Below, piece after piece: positions 19,302 to 27,353 of a stretch of DNA of 64,000 bases (within the stretch, counting starts at the first letter, position 1; each line of letters begins with the position of its first letter). The notes under the pieces were generated by a model. It saw nothing but the letters and a program-made list of their open reading frames with translations, did no database searches and was not told where the DNA came from. The DNA lies in IMG/VR virus record IMGVR_UViG_3300045971_000356, positions 32,001 to 96,000 of that record; one strand, 5' to 3'. This DNA is from a virus. The position numbers and the translations under genes were made by a program.

Positions 19302-19587
19302 ACTTTTATTATCTCTATTGGCAGCATTTGCGTTAGCTGGTTGCGCGACGACTAAAGAGCCTGTGATTACTACAGTAATACAAAAAGTAGAAGTGCCTAT
19401 TTCGGTGCCATGCAAAGTGGAAATGCCACCACCACGCGATTACAACTTTAACAAGATTACAGCAGAGATGGATATTTTTGAGAAAGTGCAGGCGCTACTT
19501 GCTGACAGGCGCTTACACTTAGGCTACGAAGCTGAACTAAAAGCAACATTAGGGACCTGCACCGCAGATACAATTAAGGCAAAATAA
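19291..19587 (+). CDS. o-spanin (Rz1-like lipoprotein)
   Basis: Lipobox LAGC; VEVPISVPC..PPP. Confidence 0.75.
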   Translation: MQTKLLLSLLAAFALAGCATTKEPVITTVIQKVEVPISVPCKVEMPPPRDYNFNKITAEMDIFEKVQALLADRRLHLGYEAELKATLGTCTADTIKAK

Positions 19588-19630
19588 TTGTAGCAAACCG
19601 TTACTAATTGGCATTTTTGCTAATTAGTTC

Positions 19631-19638
19631 TATAAATA
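19631..19638 (+). promoter_or_regulatory. T4-type late promoter TATAAATA driving the cytochrome gene
   Basis: Exact TATAAATA; GGAGG RBS downstream. Confidence 0.7.
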
Positions 19639-19668
19639 AAAGTACATACTTTTAATATAGGAGGAAAT

Positions 19669-20310
19669 ATGTTTTTGAAGAAGTTATTTGCGGCCTTATT
19701 CGCTGTAAGTGTAGTTAGTGCTGGCGCCGGCACCATTGTAGGATCAGCACATGATTTTAGTGGTCAAGCATGGTCTCCGAATGCGCAAACTTGCGTGGCT
19801 TGTCACGCACCTCACGCAACAGCAGTTCTGGCAGATGCTCCACTTTGGAACCACGCATCATCAGTAGCAACATACACTGTTTACGCATCATCATCAATGA
19901 ATGCAACGGTGGGGCAACCTGGCTCAACCTCCAAACTTTGCTTGTCATGCCATGATGGTACGGTGGCAGTTAATTCTTTTGGCGGAGTGACTGGTACTAC
20001 AATGCTGACTGGCGGTTCAAATCTCAGCACGGTATTAACTAATGACCATCCGATCGGTTTTACTTATGATGCTGCGTTAGTAACAGCAGACGGTGCGTTG
20101 GCTCCAATTACAAATACAGTTACCTTAGGTTCAGGTACTAAAGTTAAATCTGGACCCACTGTAACTATAGCATCTGCTATGTTATATGCGGGTAAAGTTG
20201 AATGCGCATCATGCCATGATGTACATAATACATTTACCGCTGCAACTGGTAAATTGGTAAAAGTGTCAATGGCATCAAGTGCATTGTGTACCACTTGCCA
20301 CACTAAATAA
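19669..20310 (+). CDS. Secreted tetraheme c-type cytochrome, OmcE-like
   Basis: Sec signal peptide; four CxxCH (CVACH, CLSCH, CASCH, CTTCH); HDFS, PH, PLWN, YASSSMN, NDHP and VH motifs laid out as in Geobacter OmcE (recalled). Confidence 0.85.
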   Translation: MFLKKLFAALFAVSVVSAGAGTIVGSAHDFSGQAWSPNAQTCVACHAPHATAVLADAPLWNHASSVATYTVYASSSMNATVGQPGSTSKLCLSCHDGTVAVNSFGGVTGTTMLTGGSNLSTVLTNDHPIGFTYDAALVTADGALAPITNTVTLGSGTKVKSGPTVTIASAMLYAGKVECASCHDVHNTFTAATGKLVKVSMASSALCTTCHTK

Positions 20311-20324
20311 ACATCAAAACCGCA

Positions 20325-20354
20325 GAAAACTGGCACTTTCGAGTGCCAGTTTTC
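20325..20354 (+). terminator. Intrinsic terminator after the cytochrome gene
   Basis: gaaaactggcact-ttcg-agtgccagttttc. Confidence 0.8.
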
Positions 20355-20416
20355 ATTTGTAATGCTATAAAAGTAGCGATGATATATGATAAATAACTTT
20401 TTAAGGAAATTAACGG

Positions 20417-20710
20417 ATGAATAGAATTTTAGCGGCTTTGCTTATTGCTCTTGTAGTAATACCAGTGATGGCGAAAACAAACAAAAACGATAGTGCATAC
20501 ACTGAAAAGTATTCGTTTGAAGAAAAGATAAAAGATCAATACAATAACGGCAAAAATGATATAAATTTTGACAAAAATGAGTATGCAGATTATAGCAGCA
20601 GCAATGATCATTATACTCCGACAAGTCCAGTGCCAGAACCGACATCTTGGATGATGATGCTTGCCGGCGGAATAATAATTAACCGCCTTCGCAAAAAGAT
20701 GCATAAATAA
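20417..20710 (+). CDS. PEP-CTERM sorting-domain protein
   Basis: Signal peptide; S/T/P linker; VPEPTSWMMMLAGGIII followed by basic RLRKK. Confidence 0.8.
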   Translation: MNRILAALLIALVVIPVMAKTNKNDSAYTEKYSFEEKIKDQYNNGKNDINFDKNEYADYSSSNDHYTPTSPVPEPTSWMMMLAGGIIINRLRKKMHK

Positions 20711-20715
20711 TATAT

Positions 20716-21066
20716 TGTTGTATATCCCTTCAAAGCGAAGGAATTCTGGACGGGGATGCGAATTCCCCCTCCTCCACCAAAAGTGCTCTAAATTGAGTAG
20801 TAATACTTGATCAGGTTTGGCATCCCGGGTAAACTCTCCAGCAATGGACTCGTCCGTATACGCCGTGAGTACTTTTGATGGGGGAGACTAGTTTCGACAG
20901 GGTTAGATAGTAGAGACGGCAACTCAGTAGGCGATGACTGTATAAATCAAGCAAATCAAACTAAAGGCAAACGATAGTTTATATTCCTTAGCCGCTTAAG
21001 GCATGGGTGGGGAGGCTGTACCCTGTAACACTTTAGCAGAGACCCGCTTCACGGCGGGTTTCTTTT
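20716..21066 (+). ncRNA. ssrA: Circularly permuted (two-piece) tmRNA, tag (A)ANDSLYSLAA
   Basis: T-arm GGGGA-TGCGAAT-TCCCC and CTCCTCC-ACCA (to 20779) precede the 5' acceptor strand GGGGGAG (20880), with G3:U70; tag ORF 20967-20999; late promoter 20703; terminator 21038-21066. Confidence 0.92.
21038..21066 (+). terminator. Intrinsic terminator of tmRNA
   Basis: agagacccgc-ttcacg-gcgggtttct-ttt. Confidence 0.8.
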
Positions 21067-21094
21067 GCTGTAATATAACGGTAACACCCTCTGA

Positions 21095-21184
21095 TATAAA
21101 TACTTTATGTAAATCGAGTACAACTATTGAGTACAGCAGGAACTCGTAACCTGTATTGAGGCAACTTAGGTTGCCTTTCTTTTG
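21095..21184 (+). ncRNA. Candidate late sRNA with pseudoknot and own terminator
   Basis: TATAAATA at 21095; no ORF (ATG-TAA); CGAGT/ACTCG and AGTACAG/CTGTATT interleaved; aggcaac-ttag-gttgcct-ttctttt. Confidence 0.5.
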
Positions 21185-21269
21185 GCTAAAATATTTCACT
21201 CAAACTCGTGTAAATTTATATGAATGTAATATATGACCAGATAAGTAGTTATAACACTATCACTTTACC

Positions 21270-22382
21270 ATGCCACCAATACAAGCCCCGAGAATTCTAT
21301 TCATCCTAAAACGCCGCGAAGATTACAACCATGCAAAACACAGCAGTCACCTGGGGTTAAGCACTGGGTTGTTCAACTCAGCAAACTTTGTCAATGGTAT
21401 GCTGACTGAAATAGGATATACATCTAAGATGGTGGTAGTGCACGATAACAACGACATTGATCGTGAATGCACTGCATTTAGACCAACGCATGTCATCATT
21501 GAAGCGTTATGGGTTGTGCCAACTAAATTCTCAGTATTAGAAAAACTACATCCATCAGTGACATGGATTATTCGTCTACACTCAGAGATGCCGTTTATGG
21601 CGGGCGAAGGTATGGCTATGGATTGGCTTGGTGATTATTCAAGTTTTAAAAACACGATAATCGCAATTAACGCACCGCGGATGCTGTCTGAAATAAAATT
21701 GTATTTGAAAGTTAAAAACAAATGGGACGATGCTACTGCTAACCGAAGAGTGATTTATTTCCCAAATTATTACCCTAAGGACTTTGCTAAGTCAAGAACA
21801 ATTAACACTGATTCAGACACAATCAACATAGGTTGTTTTGGTGCGATACGGCTATTGAAAAATCATTTATTACAAGCATTTGGTGCGTTAAAATTTGCTG
21901 ACTCAATTGGTAAAAAACTTTGTTTTCATGTAAACGCTGGGCGCATTGAGATGAAGGGCGAGCCCGTTATTAACAACTTGCGTGGACTATTTGAACAACT
22001 TGATGGGACTGGGCACACATTGGTAAATCACGAGTGGGTCCCACATGATGGATTCATCGATTTATGCAAGAAAATGGACATTGGCATGCAGGCAACATTC
22101 TCCGAAACATTTAACATTGTTGGAGCAGATTTTATAGCAAATGGCATTCCTTTAGTCGGAACGAGTGAAATTCCATGGATTAGCAAAATATCAGCAGCTG
22201 ACCCAATGAGTTCAGATGATTTAGCAGCAAAGTTAGCAGTGGCATATCAATATACAGATACGGTGGTTAAAATGAATCAACAGTCGCTGGCTAAGTATTC
22301 CGACACAACTCATTGGATTTGGGATAAATACTTCACAAATTGGAGTATATATCATGAAAGACACCGGGCACAATCAACATAA
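21270..22382 (+). CDS. Glycosyltransferase (GT-B, GT4-like)
   Basis: IGCFGAIRLLKN; SETFNIVGAD..GIPLV. Confidence 0.7.
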   Translation: MPPIQAPRILFILKRREDYNHAKHSSHLGLSTGLFNSANFVNGMLTEIGYTSKMVVVHDNNDIDRECTAFRPTHVIIEALWVVPTKFSVLEKLHPSVTWIIRLHSEMPFMAGEGMAMDWLGDYSSFKNTIIAINAPRMLSEIKLYLKVKNKWDDATANRRVIYFPNYYPKDFAKSRTINTDSDTINIGCFGAIRLLKNHLLQAFGALKFADSIGKKLCFHVNAGRIEMKGEPVINNLRGLFEQLDGTGHTLVNHEWVPHDGFIDLCKKMDIGMQATFSETFNIVGADFIANGIPLVGTSEIPWISKISAADPMSSDDLAAKLAVAYQYTDTVVKMNQQSLAKYSDTTHWIWDKYFTNWSIYHERHRAQST

Positions 22383-22608
22383 AATTAAGTTATTCCGTTG
22401 GATAGACGGGGTATTAGAGACTGTTGAAAAATTCTTTGATAAGCTTGAGGATGCTATAACCAGCACTAAAGATTCTGAAGCTCAATCTTACAAGATATAT
22501 GATCGCAACGGAGAGTTATGCCACAGTGGCACTATCCATCACAAAGAAAAAGAACACAATCATGGCCACCATGGCCATGATCACGACGGCGATAACCAAT
22601 ACGCATAA
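22354..22608 (+). CDS. Small protein with His-rich tail
   Basis: HHKEKEHNHGHHGHDHD. Confidence 0.6.
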   Translation: MKDTGHNQHKIKLFRWIDGVLETVEKFFDKLEDAITSTKDSEAQSYKIYDRNGELCHSGTIHHKEKEHNHGHHGHDHDGDNQYA

Positions 22609-22616
22609 TTGAAACC

Positions 22617-23069
22617 ATGCGTGTATCTGAGATAACAGAATCCTTTGATAGTAATGTTCCCTACTCTGTAGTTAGAGCAGGGAATAATTTGTTCACGACT
22701 CGCGCAGACATAAACGGTAGAATGGTTACATTTAACGCAGTTGGTGAGCTGGACTATAATGGCGGAAGAGATGTAATTTGGGAAATTGATTTCTCAGAGA
22801 AAACTAGTCAAACTGGGATTACTTTTGCTAAAACTGGGCATGGTGGAGAGATGCAAGTATTTTCGTTTGTAATTGCTTCGATAAAAGAACTGATTTCCAG
22901 GTATGCTCCAAATGTGATTGAGTTTGCCTCACACAAAGCAGACGGTAATAGAACAAAATTGTATCAACGCATGTTATCACGCATTGCGCTACCAGGATAT
23001 CATGTTGCTCCAACTAGTAACTCAGACGCATCTGCTGACGATTTTTTTAGAATAGAAAAGGTTAGATAA
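22617..23069 (+). CDS. Hypothetical protein with MRVSEI motif
   Basis: N-terminal motif; RTKLYQRM. Confidence 0.6.
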   Translation: MRVSEITESFDSNVPYSVVRAGNNLFTTRADINGRMVTFNAVGELDYNGGRDVIWEIDFSEKTSQTGITFAKTGHGGEMQVFSFVIASIKELISRYAPNVIEFASHKADGNRTKLYQRMLSRIALPGYHVAPTSNSDASADDFFRIEKVR

Positions 23070-23260
23070 TGTTAGTTAAATTAGCAAACAACATAGGTAA
23101 ATGGCATGGCCAGTTTTTTGGTTACTTGAGCCGCAAAGCGACTACGAGTAAGTGGTTTGCTCTTGGGCTAACACTGTGGGCATGCTACGAGATATTTGAG
23201 CACATTGCTCTACCAGCCATCGCTATTATGTGGGGCACAGGACATTTGGGAACGAAATGA
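23069..23260 (+). CDS. Small membrane protein
   Basis: Hydrophobic segments; coupled to neighbours. Confidence 0.5.
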   Translation: MLVKLANNIGKWHGQFFGYLSRKATTSKWFALGLTLWACYEIFEHIALPAIAIMWGTGHLGTK

Positions 23261-23937
23261 GAGCATCTGAAATCATTGATGAATACGACATGCAGTCTCC
23301 AGCAACAAAGCAAATTACTTCCAAGTTAAAGAGCCTTGGTTACAAGATGCTTGGCAGTGGACAAGATGCTACAGTGTGGACTAAGGATGAAGCATCAGTT
23401 ATTAAGATTTTAATGCCTTCTGAAGAATTTGACGATCCAGAATTGTCTGAGAAAACATTTTTAACATTCTACGACTTTTGCCAATCATACCCATCCCCGC
23501 ACTTGCCAAAGTTCATTGATGTTGGTGGTCAGCATCACACTGTGTTTGAACTTAACGGAATGCCTTATAGGCAAATCGCAATGGAAAGGTTAGCACCCAT
23601 CAAGAACAACACATTTGAAGAAGCGATGGTGTGGATGATGAGTGATATGGCAGACGAGGATTACTACGAAAATTGGGATAACTTTACAACAAAATTGTTA
23701 AACGAAGATTGGGCAGGCGTTAATCCTCCACTTGGCGAGCAAATGCCTGAGTTAATACTTACTAAGATGCGAGACAAAGGATTTAGGGATTACTACGGCG
23801 GGTTGTTCATGGTAATGCGCAACTTGTATGAGATAGGACGGCAAAATAGATTAGGCTGGGATATGCACACTGAGAATGTAATGCAGCGCAGAGACGGCAC
23901 ATTAGTCGTTGTAGATCCATGGTGGGGGTCAGTATAA
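23257..23937 (+). CDS. Protein-kinase-like enzyme (T7 gp0.7-like), MRASEI motif
   Basis: LGSGQDATV, VIKI, MERL, DMHTENVM, VVDP. Confidence 0.75.
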   Translation: MRASEIIDEYDMQSPATKQITSKLKSLGYKMLGSGQDATVWTKDEASVIKILMPSEEFDDPELSEKTFLTFYDFCQSYPSPHLPKFIDVGGQHHTVFELNGMPYRQIAMERLAPIKNNTFEEAMVWMMSDMADEDYYENWDNFTTKLLNEDWAGVNPPLGEQMPELILTKMRDKGFRDYYGGLFMVMRNLYEIGRQNRLGWDMHTENVMQRRDGTLVVVDPWWGSV

Positions 23938-24566
23938 TGCGAGCATATGAGTTAACTGAATCATCGACCATCGACAATGAATTGAGTGCCGCACTGAAAC
24001 AGAAGGGCTACAAGTTTTTAGGTAGAGGTGTTGACCAAGCGGCGTGGCTTGAACCTGGTACTGGGTTAGTGCTTAAAATATTTGGCACTGACAAAATGAT
24101 TCATTCAAATCCATTGGATTTGTCCAATGAGCAAAAATCATTTGTTAAGTTTGCTAACTACTGTATGGCTAATCCAGATAATGAATTTTTGCCGCAGTTT
24201 TTAGGTTGGCAGAAATTTATATACAACGAATACGCTTATTTGCAAATACGATGTGAACGCTTGTTTGAGATTGACAAAGGTAAGACTCAGATATGGGCTC
24301 ATGAATTAAACAAAATGGCTAGATATACTAGATTGCAGCTTCCATTGGCCACTTATCTTAGAGACAGCAATAAAAATGAAAGCCCAGGACATTATGAACT
24401 TATGTCATATTTGGGTGAAGATAAACTTGCCACATTATGGAAAACAATAGGAGATTTATATAAGATAGCAAACCGCAACGGGTATGATCTTGACTTACAC
24501 CCTGGAAACTTTATGCTAGGCAGCGATGGTCACATTGTGATCTCTGATCCTTTTTACGCTTGGTAA
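23937..24566 (+). CDS. Protein-kinase-like enzyme, tandem paralogue, MRAYEL motif
   Basis: LGRGVDQAAW, VLKI, DLHPGNFM, ISDP. Confidence 0.75.
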   Translation: MRAYELTESSTIDNELSAALKQKGYKFLGRGVDQAAWLEPGTGLVLKIFGTDKMIHSNPLDLSNEQKSFVKFANYCMANPDNEFLPQFLGWQKFIYNEYAYLQIRCERLFEIDKGKTQIWAHELNKMARYTRLQLPLATYLRDSNKNESPGHYELMSYLGEDKLATLWKTIGDLYKIANRNGYDLDLHPGNFMLGSDGHIVISDPFYAW

Positions 24567-24571
24567 CGAAT

Positions 24572-24958
24572 ATGAGAGCAAACGAAATAGTCACAGAGTT
24601 AGTAAACGACAAAGTCTTTTACACTGACTTTAACAAGCAGAAACCTATATTAAACGGTGCGTATGTTTTACATGCGTCTGCAGGCTATGTTGGGTATGGC
24701 TCTAAGAACGGATACAAGAGCGAGCAGTTTAGAATAGTTGCTAAGACTGCGAATGGTGCAGAGTGCGGTTGGGTAAACTTTGAAAACAAAGACGGTAAAC
24801 TTGAAGCACTGGATCTAAGCATTCAGCCCGCACACCGTAGAAAAGGCATTGCTACGGAAATGTATAAGTTTGCACGCGAGCTAGGCAACGACATAGCACC
24901 CTCCAAACTACAGACAAGCATGGGTAAACAGTTTTGGAATAAAGATCACAGTAAATAA
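24572..24958 (+). CDS. GNAT acetyltransferase, MRANEI motif
   Basis: IQPAHRRKGIATEMY (motif A); GKQFW. Confidence 0.75.
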   Translation: MRANEIVTELVNDKVFYTDFNKQKPILNGAYVLHASAGYVGYGSKNGYKSEQFRIVAKTANGAECGWVNFENKDGKLEALDLSIQPAHRRKGIATEMYKFARELGNDIAPSKLQTSMGKQFWNKDHSK

Positions 24959-25035
24959 CGGTTTTTGACACACGAGCATAAATAAAAGTATGCGGTAGAT
25001 AAGTGTTTACTGCAAAAACATTAGGAGATTATAAA

Positions 25036-25470
25036 ATGGCAATTCAGAAAAGATATAATGGCGATGCAACAGGTATCGTAAACGGCGACATTAGCTTACA
25101 TGGCGTGTCTTCAGCACCAGGCGTGATTATTTCCACTGGTATCGGCAAACACCCAACGTTCGTTAAGATTTCTGGCGGTGCATCCTTGGATGCAGAGTTA
25201 GGCGTTGGTGGTGCTGTTGAAGCAATGATCCGCGTTATGACTATCAAAGCAACAGTGTTAGCTTATCAAGTTGACGGCGCTCAAATGAGCGTGTTGTTAG
25301 AGTCGTCAGGTTGGGGCTATGAAAGCACCGGCGGCGCAACAGCAGCAGCTGATTTGACGGCGGCTTTGGCAGCATTGGGTAACCGTGCAGCTGATCCAGC
25401 AGTTCCAGTATCTGCATACAACTTTGGACCAGTGGTAGCTGCTACAGCTGGTGGATTCAAGTTGGCTTAA
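25036..25470 (+). CDS. Putative virion structural (decoration-like) protein
   Basis: Ala/Gly-rich; late promoter, strong AGGAG, own terminator. Confidence 0.5.
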   Translation: MAIQKRYNGDATGIVNGDISLHGVSSAPGVIISTGIGKHPTFVKISGGASLDAELGVGGAVEAMIRVMTIKATVLAYQVDGAQMSVLLESSGWGYESTGGATAAADLTAALAALGNRAADPAVPVSAYNFGPVVAATAGGFKLA

Positions 25471-25489
25471 TAGTTCAAGACTATACAAC

Positions 25490-25517
25490 GAAATAGGGAC
25501 TTTAGGTCCCTATTTTC
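25490..25517 (+). terminator. Intrinsic terminator
   Basis: gaaatagggac-ttta-ggtccctattttc. Confidence 0.7.
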
Positions 25518-25551
25518 ATGACTGAAATTTATTCCAATAAATACTAAGATA

Positions 25552-25971
25552 ATGGTCCCACTTCACATCCACGCTGGTTACACTCTAATAGATATTTCAG
25601 ACACTGGAGTAATATCAGTTGATGACTCCCCACGACGTAATCAGCATAGGAACTGGGAAACTTTAGTCCAAGTTCTTGGGTTACGTGCGCAACTGATGCT
25701 ACTTAGCTCGCCTGAAGTAATGGAACTAGATACAACAAACTTAGAGTTTGGTGAGGATTTCACTGGCAAGCAACTGGTGTGGGTGTTTAAGTTTGGGGTA
25801 GAGCAAAGCGATGTATATGCTAACACTACATCAGCTTATGGTAATCTTGAAAGTGACTGCTCGTGTGTTCCTGTTATAATAGGGTTAAACGAGACAGCAA
25901 AGATTACTGTGCCAACTTTTTGCACTAGAGGCAACCAAAAGAACATCTATTTTAATAAGGTCAAAATTTAA
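25552..25971 (+). CDS. Hypothetical late protein
   Basis: TLIDISDTG..RNQHRNWETLVQVLGLRAQ; ATAAATA 8 nt upstream. Confidence 0.6.
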   Translation: MVPLHIHAGYTLIDISDTGVISVDDSPRRNQHRNWETLVQVLGLRAQLMLLSSPEVMELDTTNLEFGEDFTGKQLVWVFKFGVEQSDVYANTTSAYGNLESDCSCVPVIIGLNETAKITVPTFCTRGNQKNIYFNKVKI

Positions 25972-25981
25972 TAAATACGTA

Positions 25982-26194
25982 ATGAAGATAATCGAATTAC
26001 TTAATAGCCTTAGCCTTCCTCTAACCAACGAAGAAGCAGATGTGTTGGATAAGTTTAACGAAAATGCTGTAATTTTGAAGTCGTCTCTTGAACCAAGAGA
26101 ACAACTTATTGCGAACAATTTAGTGTCTAAAGACGTATTGTATAGAAAGAAAAACGGCAGTGGCAAACTTGAATATTCCAAAAAAATCCGCTAA
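25982..26194 (+). CDS. Small protein, MKIIEL motif
   Basis: ATAAATA 4 nt upstream. Confidence 0.6.
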   Translation: MKIIELLNSLSLPLTNEEADVLDKFNENAVILKSSLEPREQLIANNLVSKDVLYRKKNGSGKLEYSKKIR

Positions 26195-26669
26195 CCAACT
26201 CGACGCCATAACTAACTATGGCTTCGACAAAGTATCGACGTGGACTAAGCGCGAGCTTTACAAACTACAGCATAACAGTGAGTTGCCGATTTGTATTGAA
26301 CTACAAAATGGGAACTATCTAGTAGCAACTTACTTGATTGAAAAATGTGTTGGTATGTGGGCGGTAAATGACTTAGAGTTCAACAACAAAACAGCAGCAA
26401 TTTATTATTGCTCACTATGCCACTTAGCGCGGTTTATGGACGCAGAACAAGTATACAGATTAGATCGTGCTATTGGCAATTTAGAATTTGATAAAATGGT
26501 GTTTCGTGATAAGCTAGATGCAGCCCATTTGCTTCAAGATCAGTTCAAAATTGATCTCTACAGCAGTAGATTTGATGAAACCAAGCGAAAATTAGCTGTG
26601 ATTAAACAAGATTTTACAAAAAAAATGTCGCAAGCTAAATACATCTATAAAGAAGTTTTAGGAAACTAA
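26160..26669 (+). CDS. Hypothetical protein
   Basis: ORF in late operon. Confidence 0.55.
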   Translation: MANLNIPKKSANQLDAITNYGFDKVSTWTKRELYKLQHNSELPICIELQNGNYLVATYLIEKCVGMWAVNDLEFNNKTAAIYYCSLCHLARFMDAEQVYRLDRAIGNLEFDKMVFRDKLDAAHLLQDQFKIDLYSSRFDETKRKLAVIKQDFTKKMSQAKYIYKEVLGN

Positions 26670-26672
26670 CAA

Positions 26673-27353
26673 ATGAAATATGATGAGCATTATGCTAGGC
26701 TGATAGAAAGAGCAAAAACCCGCAATTTGCCGGGTTATGCTGAACAGCATCATATTGTTCCGAAATGTGTTGGTGGCACTGATAGCAAAGAAAATTTAGT
26801 TAAATTGACTCCAGAAGAGCATTACACTGCTCATCAATTATTAGTTAAATTGTATCCTGAATCAAAAAAACTAGCATTTGCAGCAAATATGATGACTGTC
26901 AATAGTAGAGATACTAAAAGAAATAACAAATTGTATGGCTGGTTAAAGAAAAGAATATCAGCAGCTAGAACTGGAACTAAAAATGCTAAGTGGGCTGCTT
27001 TATTAAAAGGCAATACTTACGGCAAGGCAAATAAAGGAAAGAAAAATCCTGGACTTTCTTTAAGAAATATTGGAAATCAATACGCCAGTGGTAAATCTAA
27101 TTTAGGTTCTGCGGCTGCTTGTAAAATAAATATGATAGGCAATACTTATGGTAAAGCCAATAAAGGAAAGAGTAATACTGGGGTCACCGCCGCTAATTTA
27201 AAGCGGTTAGCTGAAGGGACACATCCTTCGCAAAATAAAATTAAATGTGAACATTGTTCAAAGATTATAGGCGCAAGTATGTATGCCAGGTGGCATGGCA
27301 ACAACTGTAAATTAGCATCCGCAACTAAGGAATTATTAAATGAAATTAACTGA
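26673..27353 (+). CDS. HNH homing endonuclease
   Basis: EQHHIVPKCVGG..ENLVKLTPEEHYTAH; GNTYGKANKGK repeats; CEHC..ARWHGNNCK. Confidence 0.85.
   Translation: MKYDEHYARLIERAKTRNLPGYAEQHHIVPKCVGGTDSKENLVKLTPEEHYTAHQLLVKLYPESKKLAFAANMMTVNSRDTKRNNKLYGWLKKRISAARTGTKNAKWAALLKGNTYGKANKGKKNPGLSLRNIGNQYASGKSNLGSAAACKINMIGNTYGKANKGKSNTGVTAANLKRLAEGTHPSQNKIKCEHCSKIIGASMYARWHGNNCKLASATKELLNEIN

Noticed and set aside
20747-20779. Apparent tRNA 3' half ending CCA
   Set aside because: No D or anticodon arm upstream; it is the acceptor piece of the permuted tmRNA. I found no canonical tRNA in the window.
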